A stretch of 64,000 nucleotides of DNA from Lingula anatina (lineage: Eukaryota; Animalia; Brachiopoda), in NCBI GenBank assembly GCA_051362555.1, contig CM120646.1, forward strand, positions 21,514,001-21,578,000. Reading direction: 5' to 3'. The notes under the pieces are model-generated. The model searched no databases, was not told where the DNA came from, and saw only the letters and a list, made by a program, of their open reading frames with translations. Below, in pieces: positions 51,632 through 64,000 of this stretch. The number at the start of each line of letters is the position of its first letter. The stretch's first letter is position 1. Position numbers and translations under genes: made by a program.

Positions 51632-52921
51632 TCGTTTCTGAAACAAACAACAGAAATTATGGCGAACACCATTTCCTTTAATGTGACTAAACTTGTACAT
51701 CAGGCCTACCCAACTACCAGACTCGGCACATAAGGATCCTGAATTAACCGGTATATCGGACCACACTACCCGTTTTCAATGTGTGTGTCAGATCGTATTT
51801 CGGAGTATCACACCCCAGAACAAATTTTGTAGGACGACCGCGGGCTCATCCACGCTCGGCTGTCACCTTGATTGGATAGCAAACGATTGTCGTAAAATCG
51901 CTATATGATTTTAAAACCGGGTGCATAAAATTGAAAACAACCTAGAACAACCTTAGACTGTACTCTTACTTTAGAGTACTCTATTTTATTGTCTCTATGG
52001 GGGTATATGGGGACTTTACGACATTCGGTTTGATTGCTTTAACCACTTTTGATAGGGCTTTTTTGCATTGTATTAGATTAATGTGGCAGTCTAATCACCA
52101 GTAATTTGCCGATTCAGATAATATTTTTTAATACATAGCAACTTAGTATAAAAACAAAGTGTACACTGTTCATAGCTGCACTGAGATGCAGATCTGCCCT
52201 TGCTGTTAATGTGTTAACGCTAGTCTTAGTAATAGCAATCACTATCCCGCTGCTTGAAGTATCATATACCACGTGACTCAGATTTGCAACAGTGGAAAAC
52301 AGTGCAACAAAGAGCATGCATGTTTTCTTTTGTGAGACCCAAACCAATAATGTATTGATACCTGGGTTTCAGTAAGACTGCGCAAACGATGGAATGCTTA
52401 TGAAAAAACTTATGCAAGCCGCAGCATACAACTTACTTGTTTCAAATGAGGTAAAGCACACTTACGGCCCAATCTTCGTCGAGAGCAGAACTACTTTATA
52501 ACGATAGCGATATGTCCCCTAAATCACAAACATGCACAAACTTTCTAAAGAAATTATTAAAAAAAAAACTTGCTACCTGTCACCTACTTCCTCGTCCTGG
52601 CTTCCGTCAAGTGGATTGATTGACCTGACCTCGAATATCAATAACACATTCTTAAACCTCTGTATAAAAACTGCTCTTGGATCAGCATATTCTCCCCATG
52701 TTACACAGCACACAAGCAGCCGTGTGCGGCAACTGAAGGTGAAATTGGGATTTAATCATTTTTTTTCTGATCATGCAATATCTGCTTCAGTCGATATACT
52801 TTTAACAAGGGACAGCGTTTGCTCAGCATCTATTCTGTGCAAAAATATGTGCAATCTGCACTGATTTTGTCGTCGAAGCAGTGTTTGCCACTGTGGAGCC
52901 TATTGATTGTCGATAAGTGCG

Positions 52922-52923
<2 letters not shown>

Positions 52924-52979
<56 letters not shown>
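52924..52979. repeat. (TA)n microsatellite (others at ~43585-43629; (CT)n(CA)n at ~53618-53675; (AATT)n at ~18924-18960; (AAAT)n at ~61968-62003)
   Basis: Direct reading. Confidence 0.95.
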
Positions 52980-52981
<2 letters not shown>

Positions 52982-53626
52982 CAACATTTTATAGACAAAG
53001 CAAGTTACAAAATTCTTCCTTTAATTTTGGATGGTTTATGGTTCGTACTACGGTATCAAATGTGCTGCGTATTAAAGTGAACCAAGGAATTATAAAGGAG
53101 TAAATATAATTCTTTGACTGAAAACACTGGTGTCCGGGTGGGCAGCGGGATTTGATAATGCTGTTCGAAATTTTGTCGAACTCTTTAACTGTTCATAAGT
53201 TCCATAAAACGTATTGATGCCTCGTAAATACCGCTATAGTTTCAACCATGAAGCAGTATTTACATTAAATGACAGTCAGGTTTTGAGAATGAAGGCATTT
53301 TTTCAAAACATGCGCCTCACATAAGGATTTTGAGGCTGGACTGACAGCGGTTTTTATATTATTTTTTCAATGTTCATGTTTAACCTTATTTGGTTCTGTA
53401 CATTTGTCAGCTTTGTCTAGCTTGTTCGCAATAAAATTTTACGCATAATTATTTAATTTTAAAACGGTTCAACCTTCCATATACGAAATAAAGAAAGATT
53501 TTATGGGTGCAAATAATAAACCAACATGTAGATGAGTTTCGAATAATAAAATTTTTTCAAAGAGATTAATGAAATATATTTTTATCCAGGAATTAATATA
53601 TAATGCGAGTTTTTAGAGTCTCTCTC

Positions 53627-53675
<49 letters not shown>

Positions 53676-54828
53676 GACAGAGAAAGAGAAAGAGAGCAAT
53701 AAACATCAGAGAAAGAGAAAGAGAGCACTAAACATCAGTTTTAAGAAAAACAACAAACATAATGATAATAGCATGACCGGAATTAAGTCTAGTTAGAATA
53801 AATGTAATCTGCTAAACAGAGTAACCTTCATTAAAATAATTTATGAAAACTTACTTCCAGTGACTAACATAACACGATCCTTTAGACTTATAATCTCACT
53901 GAATTTTGTTAATATAATTTAAGAATGAAAGAACAAGAGAAAAGTGAACACATGGACCACGGATTTCTAATGGTATAATATTATCCAATCCGTGGCATTC
54001 TAGAAAATATTGACTAACAAAAAAATGAGATTTTTTTGTCTAACTTCTCACACAGAAATATTCGATATAATTCCTGAGCACATCTTAAAATGTACAATGT
54101 ACATATAAATATAATGGGCGAGTAATTCAGATACAGGTTGATATTCATTTCTATCAAACAGACCTTCAGCATTTGAAACATTATCAAAAACAATCACAGT
54201 ACTAGTTATCACAACCATTATCACCAGCAACCGTAATTATCACAACCATTATCACATCGTTTAAAGTGACTGTGATATTGAACCAACCAGTGAGATAGTT
54301 TGATCGTAATGTTAAATGACTTCGCACAGTATACTCTGTATGCATTGCGTTATACTTTATACACAAAACTGTTTGTGTCACACTTGCAACGTTTCGTTGC
54401 AAACTTTCTTATTTGTTAACATTTTCCCTTTTGATTTACTTCTTGTTGTTATTATTGTTAACTCTTTTTACTTCTTTACAATATCCCTTTCGATTTACTT
54501 CTCGTTGTAATTATTGTTATTGAAAACCGCGTTGAACTATAAAAACAGGAATAGCTTTAATATATTTAATGCAGCATGCAGCCCTTTATATATCACGATA
54601 TAAACATGTACCTCTTAAATCACCGCTTTGTCCTTGTGGTGCAATATGATAATAAATAAGTCTGTATCTGCTTTTGATTAAATGACAAAATAATGAGATG
54701 CTCATGCAATAATAGCTACTTTTCATTTTTTCTGTTAAGCACCTTGTAATAAATAGCCTACATGTAAATCGCACTCGATCATGTTAACCATCGTTGTAAA
54801 ACCCGGCCAGGAACATTGAACTCGTTGA

Positions 54829-56486
54829 CTAGTAAAGAGGGGCACCTTCTGAATCACGTATCTCTGGCGTGGCTCTCGGGGTTGTCAGAGTGCTCTGGTC
54901 ACCGTAGGGCAATCGATGGGCCGATGAATGGGGTTCAAATATGGCCCCTTTGGTGTCCTGTGTGTCACACTTGGACCCGGATGTGCCCATGCTGTCATAC
55001 GTGGACCTCCTGTAATTCTCCTTGAAGGCCACAACCAGGGGGATGCTAACAATGGTTGACGACAACAGAAACCAATTCATCCAAGATGTCCCTGAAACAA
55101 ACACCATTCTGTTAATCATGTAAAGTCAAGGGGGTGAGTACTTAAGTTACTGCTAATGTTAAAATGTATCACAGTTTGAAATTAATCTCAGACCTCCAAA
55201 TGTTAGGCACAGAAGGTTTACACTGATCATACACAGATTAGAACAAAGAACATAACACGTTAGATTTACAAGATACGAAACAATTTGGAAACAGTTTGGT
55301 AGTGCCCGGCTGCATGTTTCGTTTGTTCAGCCGAACAGATATAAATATATGCGTCGTTCACACAATGATTTAGATTGCGGATCTCGATGGCTCCACACCC
55401 ATACGGTAATGGGGTTGGGCGTTAAGGCGGGGTGCTTTCTAGAACTTGCCTAGTACAGTTTAATTATAATGCTTTTGAACGACTCTGTTCTTCGTATTCA
55501 GACTGGTCGGAATACTTCCTGGATATCCCCGTTGACACGCAGAAGTTTCGTTCAGAGATCTTATTCAGAGTTGCTGCTCACAATTGATGTTGTCAACAGT
55601 TGCTTTCCTGTATACTCTTCAATATGGCTATATTTACAGACCGATTTAAACTTCTTTTTCTCACCCAGAAACGCTGCCCTTACTACTCACCAACATTTGG
55701 GAATTGAAAAACCAGCAGAAACACAGAACATATGATAGTATTGGCCACAGTCATGATAGTACAAGGTATAGACTCGTCTATAGGATACGTGGCCTCGCAC
55801 GCCATCTCGTACAACAACGGCACCAGGCCATTAATGAAGAGGCCGCTCAGGATGGCAGACGCGTAAAGGCTCACTGGAATTTAAGCATGGCAAAAAGAGT
55901 GTGTTATATTGGGGGTAAAACCAGGTAAAAAAGACTTTATGTAAGAAAAAATTAAGACATTTTGATGAATAAACTATAAAAAGACTGTTTATGTAAAAGA
56001 AAGAGACAAATATATCAGTATCTATTCACAAACCTACAGATGCAACATATGATTTACTGCAAACGTGAACTCCATTGGTATCTATTCGTTCAATCACACC
56101 CAACACAGTGTAACGTTTGTATACCTGGCGTCACTCACAACAACACCTGACGTCATATCCAACAACAACAGTCTACAGAGTCCGTCTACGAATATAAAAC
56201 CAACTGGGCTGAGAACAAATACTCACCTTTGGTAAAAGGTATAATCCCAGCAGAAGTCAAAGTAAACCAGGCTGTGGCAGCGACACTCACTATTGATAAG
56301 ATTATCACTATGCGTTTCAAATGGCCATAATATATATCACTTACACTGAAAGAGAAATAAAGCGAATAATTATATTTATCACGAGATTGGGAAAACAAAT
56401 ATGGACATTTTGCAGAAAAAAAAACAAAAACAAAAAGAGAATGCAGCGTTTAATGAGCGCGAATTGTAAGGATATCTTGTTTGAGG

Positions 56487-56522
<36 letters not shown>

Positions 56523-59500
56523 GGGGTCCTTACACTGCAAACACCAAAGCAGATATGCATCCTGCAATAGTGGCCCAGAACCCAATCCAGTCGGAATCAT
56601 CCTGAAGAACACATAGGTAAAAAACCTTTAAGCCCCTTTGTAAAGATATCATTTTGCAGTTCATTAAAATAACGCACATTTTATATTGATGATGACGTTT
56701 CAATACAATAAAGCAAAGTAAACATTCTGAGACTAGTAATTTGTTCTACCTTTGAGCATGCTGTTATAGTTTTCCTGCCACCTAGGTTATTATTAAGCGA
56801 AAATAGCCTGCCTACTGTCAACAATGTCAAGTGAATGGTACCTCGGAGACTCCCAATGGTTTCAAATTCAGCGCAAGTACGGTTGAAAACCCGCCATAGG
56901 CGCCAACAGGAATACAGTATGCCAGACACACCAACCAGAACTGACCATGGCTGAAAACGGGAATACAAAGTGGCCTATGTAGCAAACGAGAGTATGTCGA
57001 TTTAACACTTCGAAACTATCGTTTATTTTATTTTTCATTGCGACAGAATAAACAGGTACGCACATACAAGGGGTGCGACAATTGCTTTATATTTCGCATT
57101 TAAAAATTATAAACCATTTTATATACAGGCAGAGTTACCGGAAAGTGGAGAGTTGTTGTATAATGCAACAGACAAGACATAAGCAATATATTACGTAATG
57201 ATGTCCCTGTATCCGCTCCGCGAATCTTCGCGCCCAACCGAAGCAGACGCGCTAGGAGGCTTGGGTGGTTTGGACGGGAAGTATATTAACACGGGCAGAA
57301 ACAGCGCCAGCGCTATACCAGCCTCTGGAAGGAAAGAATACTTTAAACGGTTATTGCTCATAAATGCTTCATTCATAAGTTTTCTTAATCAGAGAAGGGA
57401 AATGAGGCCGTTTTAAGTTAACACATGGCAGTATCATATAAGAATATTTTACATTATGCAAAATTTACATTGTCAGTTACTATTGTCAGTAACAATTTTA
57501 AAGTAAAGATTAGCATACCTTTTTTTTGTGTTTTGATATAATAGCTTATATAATACAAGAAGAATTGTTTTCTGGGTACAAAGAATCACTTACCGACAAA
57601 CATGAATGTACGGATGTAACTAGCTTGCTCAACAGTATCTAAAAGGAAAGAAACTATGCATTATGAAGTAATGATCACAATGTCGACTGGCATATGAGAA
57701 TATCAAAATGAAAAAAAAAGCAAAGTTTAAATAATCCTCATGTAATAGGACGAATACATGGCACTTATTATTCAGTTTTATGGAAATTTTTACAACTGGA
57801 TTTGTTGCCAATTGAACAGAGTCGTGACTTACCTAATGAGAAATTCCCACTACATGAACTGAAACATATTAAATTACATCTGTGACTATTCACTGAATGT
57901 GCTCGCGCAAAAGTGTTCTAATGAAATTATCTATATATGTTGTTTGTGTATACAAGAGTTCTAGTAAAAGTTTCAACATAGAGATAAAACCTTGAAGGTA
58001 AAGTTTGGCTGTGTATTCACGTTTCAAGTTAATCAATCTGTCAGGTTTTATACACAGACACACGAAAAAAAAAATCCGATACAAAAGAAGGTACTACCAA
58101 TACGTTAGCTAGAGGTTGCCTAAGAATAGTTTTCAGGTGTGGCCAAGTCCTAGGCAATGTGTTTGGTGTGACGCCAAGAATGTGCTGGGTGTGACAGTGC
58201 TTACCCGTTGTGAGAACTTTGAGTTGAACAGTTGGTGGATGTAACGTTACTTGGTTGGGGCACCAGAAGAGGACCTGTAATATCAAAGCAATTGTTTTAA
58301 TAGTATATATTTTAATACACTTTCGTGGGCAACTGTTTATAATTAAATCCCTATATTCTTGCAATGGTGGACCAAGCATGAAGCAAAGTATATCTAAAGA
58401 TGTGCAGGTCATAAATATTATAATTAAAAATAAAACTTTCAGTAACTAACACAAAATGCTTGCCTATTATAAAGGAGACGGTGGTTCCCATGTAACTTCC
58501 CACTGTGGAGACGGCTGTGGCCGTGGTGCGTTGGTGAGGAGGGAACCAGATCGCGGACAGAAAAGGAGGGCCACCGTTCGGCAAATAAGCTGCCAGACCG
58601 TTCAAAACTGCCCCTATGTTAATCAACCTGAAACAAGCAGATTTCTTTTTTTTATCATGTTTCGACTTATATTTCCCTTTCTTGTTTATAATTCGTGTCC
58701 ATTATTTACGTAATTTTTCTAAAGATTAGCACTTTTGACTAATTGATTATTTCAAGCAAGTGATAAAGTGAACGGATTCATCATAATCACCGTGTTGATC
58801 TCGCTAAAGAAATAAATTAATTAGGCTAAAACACATCCATAAAGTTCTACTAAATTCAGGTATAAAAGTCCAAGTAAGCGCTTTCTTCAGGGACCTACCA
58901 TACATGCCAGTCATACATTGCCGGACACTACATGTTTATTCCATTTCGGATATTCTCAAAAAAATTGACATAAAAATATATATTCAGGTTTTTATATTTA
59001 ATTCAACTCGACAGTGGTGTAACAATAATATTCTTGGTTGGGTTTGAAGAGAATTCTTATGGGAAAAAACAGTCGCATTCAAGCAGGTAATGTTTTATAA
59101 AACCTTTTTTACACGCTTGAGCACTTGTTTTTAAATTTTAATCCTTTCGGCGTGTTTTTCCCTTTTAAGATTTGAACCCAGATCTTCTTAGTGCTGCCCC
59201 CACTTCACTTCCCATCGATAAAACGCGTTGAATACCCTACAGGGTAATGAGATCGGCTGAAATGACGACGCTTTGCTTTCAGCGCAGTCTCGCTTTTAGA
59301 TTTATGATCGAGTCACCTGTATGAACTCCAACTCACCAGGTGGCGGGGACTGGTTCTACACTTATACATCGTATAGCAGCACCCACCGTGGCCAGGCCTA
59401 CGGACAGGACGGTCGCTGCTCGAAGACCTGAGGAGAAAAATAAAATAAAATGAAAAAAAAGTACACTATCAGGATGAACTCAGTTTACTTAAAAGTTGAT

Positions 59501-60429
59501 ATTTCACACTCACTATAAAGTGCCTGTGGGTGAAATTAAGACGCGCGATAACTGCAGGGTCCCCCCACCCCCTTCCCCCGTACTGGTTATCGTGCCGGGG
59601 AGCAACGTTGACGTACGGCCAAGGCTAACACCCAATATAAATTTTCATGTCGTGAACAGTTGATTTAGGCCTATCTGAATTGTTACACCGATAGGGCCTA
59701 TTTGATGCAAACCTGACACTATTCTAGTGTAAAAACACACGGTCATCTCTCCGCCCCTTGTGCACACTGGGATCCGTGTAAAGGGTCCTACACTTTGGGA
59801 TGGTTCAATAATTAATTAGGCTACAACTTTAAAATGAGGAGGGAGTTATTCTACACGCAGTGCCGTTCATAGACATAATCAGGCCTGTAGCCAGGGGCGG
59901 GGCGGGGGGGGTTCGAAAGAATCCCCCCTTTTTGCCGGGAAAAAATTCATTTAGGTACATGAAAGTTTTATGGTAAAAAGTACACTTTTTCAGAAAAAGA
60001 ACCCCCTTTTTAAATTGCTGCATAATCATCATTATAACCCATGATAACCGTATGACCCTATCTTCTTCCTCACACCTTCGGATCAAAATTACCTTTAGTA
60101 TTCATGAGCCAAGACCCCAGTATCGCCGTCAAAGCGAAGGCCACGTTCCCCCACATGGGTATCAAGGCGATCTGAGCATTATTCCAACCAAAAGCCACCT
60201 TGCAGGACGCCTCAATCGGGCCAAACGCATTCCAGGACGCCCCTTGCAGCGTCGCAAACAGCGAGAAAAGTATCAGGATATACCAGCGCCGGGTATACGT
60301 CTCATATTCCTGCGGTTTACCGTCAGATTGTATCGAGCCGTACTGCCCGCCACGAAAGAACGAATCCCCGGACGAAGCCCCCAGAAGAACATCTTTGTCT
60401 GTTCGGGCATCATCTTCCATTTCTGTCAT
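54829..60429 (-). CDS. SLC49A4: MFS transporter, SLC49A4/DIRC2-like (FLVCR family), ~12 exons including a 26-nt micro-exon (57833-57858)
   Basis: YETYTRRWYILILFSLFATLQGASWNAFGPI, GLRAATVL, LNGLA...PPFLSAIWFPPHQRTTATAV, IYFPSKPPKPPSASA, PLLYEMACEATYPIDE, GTSWMNW...FKENYRRSTYD. Splice phases are consistent where checked. It may be one of several lineage-specific paralogs. Confidence 0.85.
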
Positions 60430-61968
60430 TTCATATGGACTCGGTTAATCATTGATCCCCGCGGTCGTCTGCTACTTCCTTCGACACCCAATTCCTTCGG
60501 TCCGCCATACCTTATCCTACCTTATCGTTGTTTACATTACACTGTATAAAGGTCAATAGACGTCACGAGACTCTATACCTGCATACAATTAGTGTACAAG
60601 TGGGGATATGCCCCTTAAGGTTAGGGCATTAACTCACTGGCCCAATTTTACAATTTGTTATATATTGGGCACCCCAAGATTCAGAAGTGCCTGAAAACTC
60701 TCTAAAACCCAAGGTGACGGCGACCGGCCAGTGACCAACACGATGACACCAGAACACATCAGTTTTAAAGGAGAGGGGGTCTTTTTTGTCTGAAAAGGCG
60801 GACCCCCCCCCCCCCACGCCCCCCCCCCCCCCCCACCGTTCCCTCCTTGACTTTAGACATGATATATAGAACCTAGCTCAAATTATTATCTTAAGCTGAC
60901 TCTTTTTGACAAAAAAGGAGGTTAAAGTCTCCTTTCCCCACCCATATGGGCATGCATGCATTCACCTGCTTTGCTTTTTTAACTTTCTTACGTAAATGCA
61001 CTCCTTAAGTGCATTTCATAGGGCCAAAAATGAATACTATCAAATCTGCTTCTTTCGGGTGATACAGATTTTCACAATTATTCTTCTAGGACGTGTAAGG
61101 CATCTGAAGACATTGATCGATATCCATTGAGTTTTTAACTAGTATATAACACTGGTAAATGAAACTTTAGCGAAACATCTTCGGAAATTTGGACAAAATC
61201 TTCTCCAATGAAAACATTTTGTCAAATCAAAAACACCAAAATCTCTTCAATAAGATATAGGGTCTAATCTAAAAATAAGTGACTTTTTTTATTAGATTGG
61301 CTCTTGTTAACTTTAGGTTCTACATTCATTCAGTAAAATATTTTAACAAAAAATGTTTAGGACCTATATATATTTGCTAGTAACTTTTAAAATCTGGTTG
61401 GGGATTGTATTCTTAGTTTTAAATAATATGTTTAATTTATGCAGTGTTTTACTTTTCATCTTTTCGGTAGTAGAGGTTGCATACACAGGCGTTAGTAATT
61501 TGATTCCTATTGAAGAAATAATTTTTTTCAAAAATGTTAAATTTCAGGAAGAACACAGCTGCAAAAATTAAACCCTGTAATAGTGACAGGTAGGTCTACA
61601 AATGTATTCGTCTCATATCCACGTAAATAAAGGAAAGTTAACAGTATAGGGCCTATCAAATTTGACAAAGCACGTACGTTGCCTAAACAATGCACATGAC
61701 AAAAATCAGGGCAATAACTTATCTATCTCTATACCAGTTTATATGAAAAAGTCATCAAGGCCATCTTGCAGGGATTAAAACAACTTTCGAATCATGATAA
61801 AAAGTGCACGTGATTCAAGTAATTCGGCAACATGTATCTGGATGATCAGATAAGGCATGAAATGCCCCTATATCGTAAATTTAATGTAGGGGCCTACATG
61901 TATTTATTTTTTCCTTTATTTATTTGACAGGTTTGCCTCGTTTCAATCAGCAATAAATTTGCATTTGA

Positions 61969-62003
<35 letters not shown>

Positions 62004-62127
62004 AAATTAGCGTAATATAAATCTTGTAGTATATTCGGTTTGTTTAAAAATCAGAGAACAATACTACTTGGAAATTACGCTTTTTTCATTTACCAGTACC
62101 GATGAATCCGGGAACCAGCTGTATGAC

Positions 62128-62151
62128 TGACCTTGAACTATTGTGACGTCA
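62128..62151. promoter_or_regulatory. ERR/SF1-type extended half-site (TGACCTTGA = TCAAGGTCA on -) and palindromic CRE (TGACGTCA) just upstream of the IDH3B ATG
   Basis: Exact motif matches at 62128-62136 and 62144-62151; function is not shown. Confidence 0.4.
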
Positions 62152-62159
62152 CTGTAAAC

Positions 62160-63534
62160 ATGGAGAGTGCCATGAGGATCTTTAGAAGCCGTGGTGTGTC
62201 AAAAGTGAGAAAAAGTCATTAATTAAAGTATATTTATCGATAGTTTAATGGAGTGCGGTTTATGTTTAGTATAATGTAACTTAGAAGGGACCTTAGTGAT
62301 AAATTATTTTGCGATCTCCATTAAATCAGCAGTGAAAATTGTAACGTTACATTTTGACGCTGAGTAGATCAATTGATGATTGAATCAGCCACTGGTGCTG
62401 GTAGTAACACCCCATTTCCATAGTTTAGATCGACCTAACTCCCTGGGGGTTCACGCTAAATAGCTGTCAGCCGGGCGGACACGTAAGTTAATTACCCTCT
62501 TACAGCTTGTAGTAGGCGGGACGGACATTTAAGTCGGATTATCTGAAAGTAATCTAGTGAGACTCCCCGCGGGGATAGATCGATCTAAAATCTATGGGAA
62601 TAGAGCCTAAGGACACATGTAGCTACTTTATAGGTTTTCTCAAATTAGGCTTCGAACGTAGCATTTATGTAAAAAAATGAAAATTCTGTTTTTATTTATT
62701 TCTTTATCATTTGATTAGCTTAACTGGGAGACAGCCATCATATTTACATTGAACACTCATAAATCCTGACATAAACTAAATAATTTTTTTATTTATTCAC
62801 TGTCGGTTACCCAGTAGTGACAGCCATACTGGTACAAGGAAAGACTTCACTGCAGTCACTCTAAAATTAATCTTCTAGATGGAGGACGAGTTTTGTTCTA
62901 CAAGATATTTATGCATCTGTTATATACACCAGTTTAGCGTTTTCACTCCCAGTAAAGTTTGATTTTGTTTCAATAAAATATTTGCATACGATTTTGATGA
63001 CACCACTTGTATTTCTGTTTCAGCTGACACACCAACTGCTTAAAAGATGCCTCCATTCATCAACAGTGGCACGTATGGCCATAACAGTAAGTTTGTCAAT
63101 TATGGTTACAATTACTGACTTGGATAGGAAAGTTGTGACCTAAGTACAGCTGGCATACACAGCACAAATGTCAGACAGATGTACTTATTGTAAAAAAAAG
63201 TTATAAATGTATGAATAAATTAATTTTAAAAAAAGATTCAGCACATGTTTAACTAAGTCAGTAATGATTTTATCATCTAATTTCAGTCAAGAACATATAT
63301 ACTAGTCATGTCTGATTGTTATACTTCTTATATAATACTATAAACTGTTATACTGTACAATAATTCACACAAAATCTCAATTCAGCCTAGGTCAGAGCCA
63401 GTAAGTCATCCTGAGGGTAAACAAAGGGTCACTCTGGTACCGGGGGATGGCGTGGGTCCCGAGATAATGTCCAGCGTACAGGCAGTCTTCACTGACGCTG
63501 GAGTACCTGTGGAGTTTGAGGAGTTTCACATTAG
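62160..63534 (+). CDS. IDH3B: Mitochondrial NAD-dependent isocitrate dehydrogenase subunit beta, 5' part (exons 62160-62204, 63024-63086, 63386-63534; continues beyond the window)
   Basis: [36 protein letters not shown] (transit-peptide-like), then [57 protein letters not shown] favours the beta subunit over alpha/gamma (GDGIGPE). Confidence 0.82.
62410..62607. mobile_element. Degenerate MITE in IDH3B intron 1
   Basis: Imperfect inverted ends ccatttccatagtttagatcgacct / agatcgatctaaaatctatgggaatag. Confidence 0.5.
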
Positions 63535-64000
63535 GTAGAGTGTGAGGTTTGCAACCAGAGCCGCTGAGCCTCAGTCACAATTTCTAGTCACAAAATATTC
63601 TTTTATATATACTATTAATGTGATACATTGCAACCCTGCTGTAAGGTTGCAACATTTGTGCATTTGGTTATTATAGATGGATTATACACAGATGTATAGT
63701 TTTCACTAGTCAAACTAAATTGATCATGTTTTATGTCATACCTCATACAATGGCGATTGCCAGAGAAAGGGGTAACATCCATCAGATCAAGAATGTCATT
63801 TCAACACAACACTTTCCATTCATCTACTTTCATTGGGCATTGACCAAGACAGCCCAACTGATACCTTACCAGTACATATGACAGGCATTAAAAGTCCAAT
63901 ATCTTTATCACTGTTATTTCATCTCTCATACACTGTCCTACTGAATGACATAACACAGACATACTAAAATCAGCATTTTGCTTTTCTTGACATAGTGAAG

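Noticed and set aside
60052-60549. 165-aa plus-strand ORF
   Set aside because: Antisense to GC-rich exon 1 of the SLC49A4-like gene.

Overview
AT-rich, intron-rich metazoan genomic DNA, probably lophotrochozoan or mollusc-like (inferred from gene content); it is not prokaryotic. Bases ~1-20,250 are a tandem birth-and-death array of minus-strand genes for a secreted precursor: signal peptide + 12-Cys mature peptide + KR cleavage site + two EF-hands, i.e. a mytimycin-like/Diedel-motif architecture. I could splice three intact copies (2937-4594, 7016-8623, 14661-16273) and found at least five orphan or degenerate terminal exons; the array probably continues past the left edge. Next come RRP1/RRP1B (-) head-to-head with CENATAC/CCDC84 (+), a 2-exon type II membrane DxD glycosyltransferase-like gene (-), and a 7-Ig + FN3 receptor tyrosine kinase-like gene (-) whose kinase has NFG instead of DFG and a degenerate Gly loop (probable pseudokinase). 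The window ends with an SLC49A4/DIRC2-like MFS transporter (-) and the first three exons of IDH3B (+). Introns carry several DNA-transposon derivatives (pogo-like, Harbinger, palindromic Tc1 derivatives, MITEs with 5- and 6-bp TSDs). All gene models were spliced by eye from GT-AG sites and reading phase; no database searches were run.
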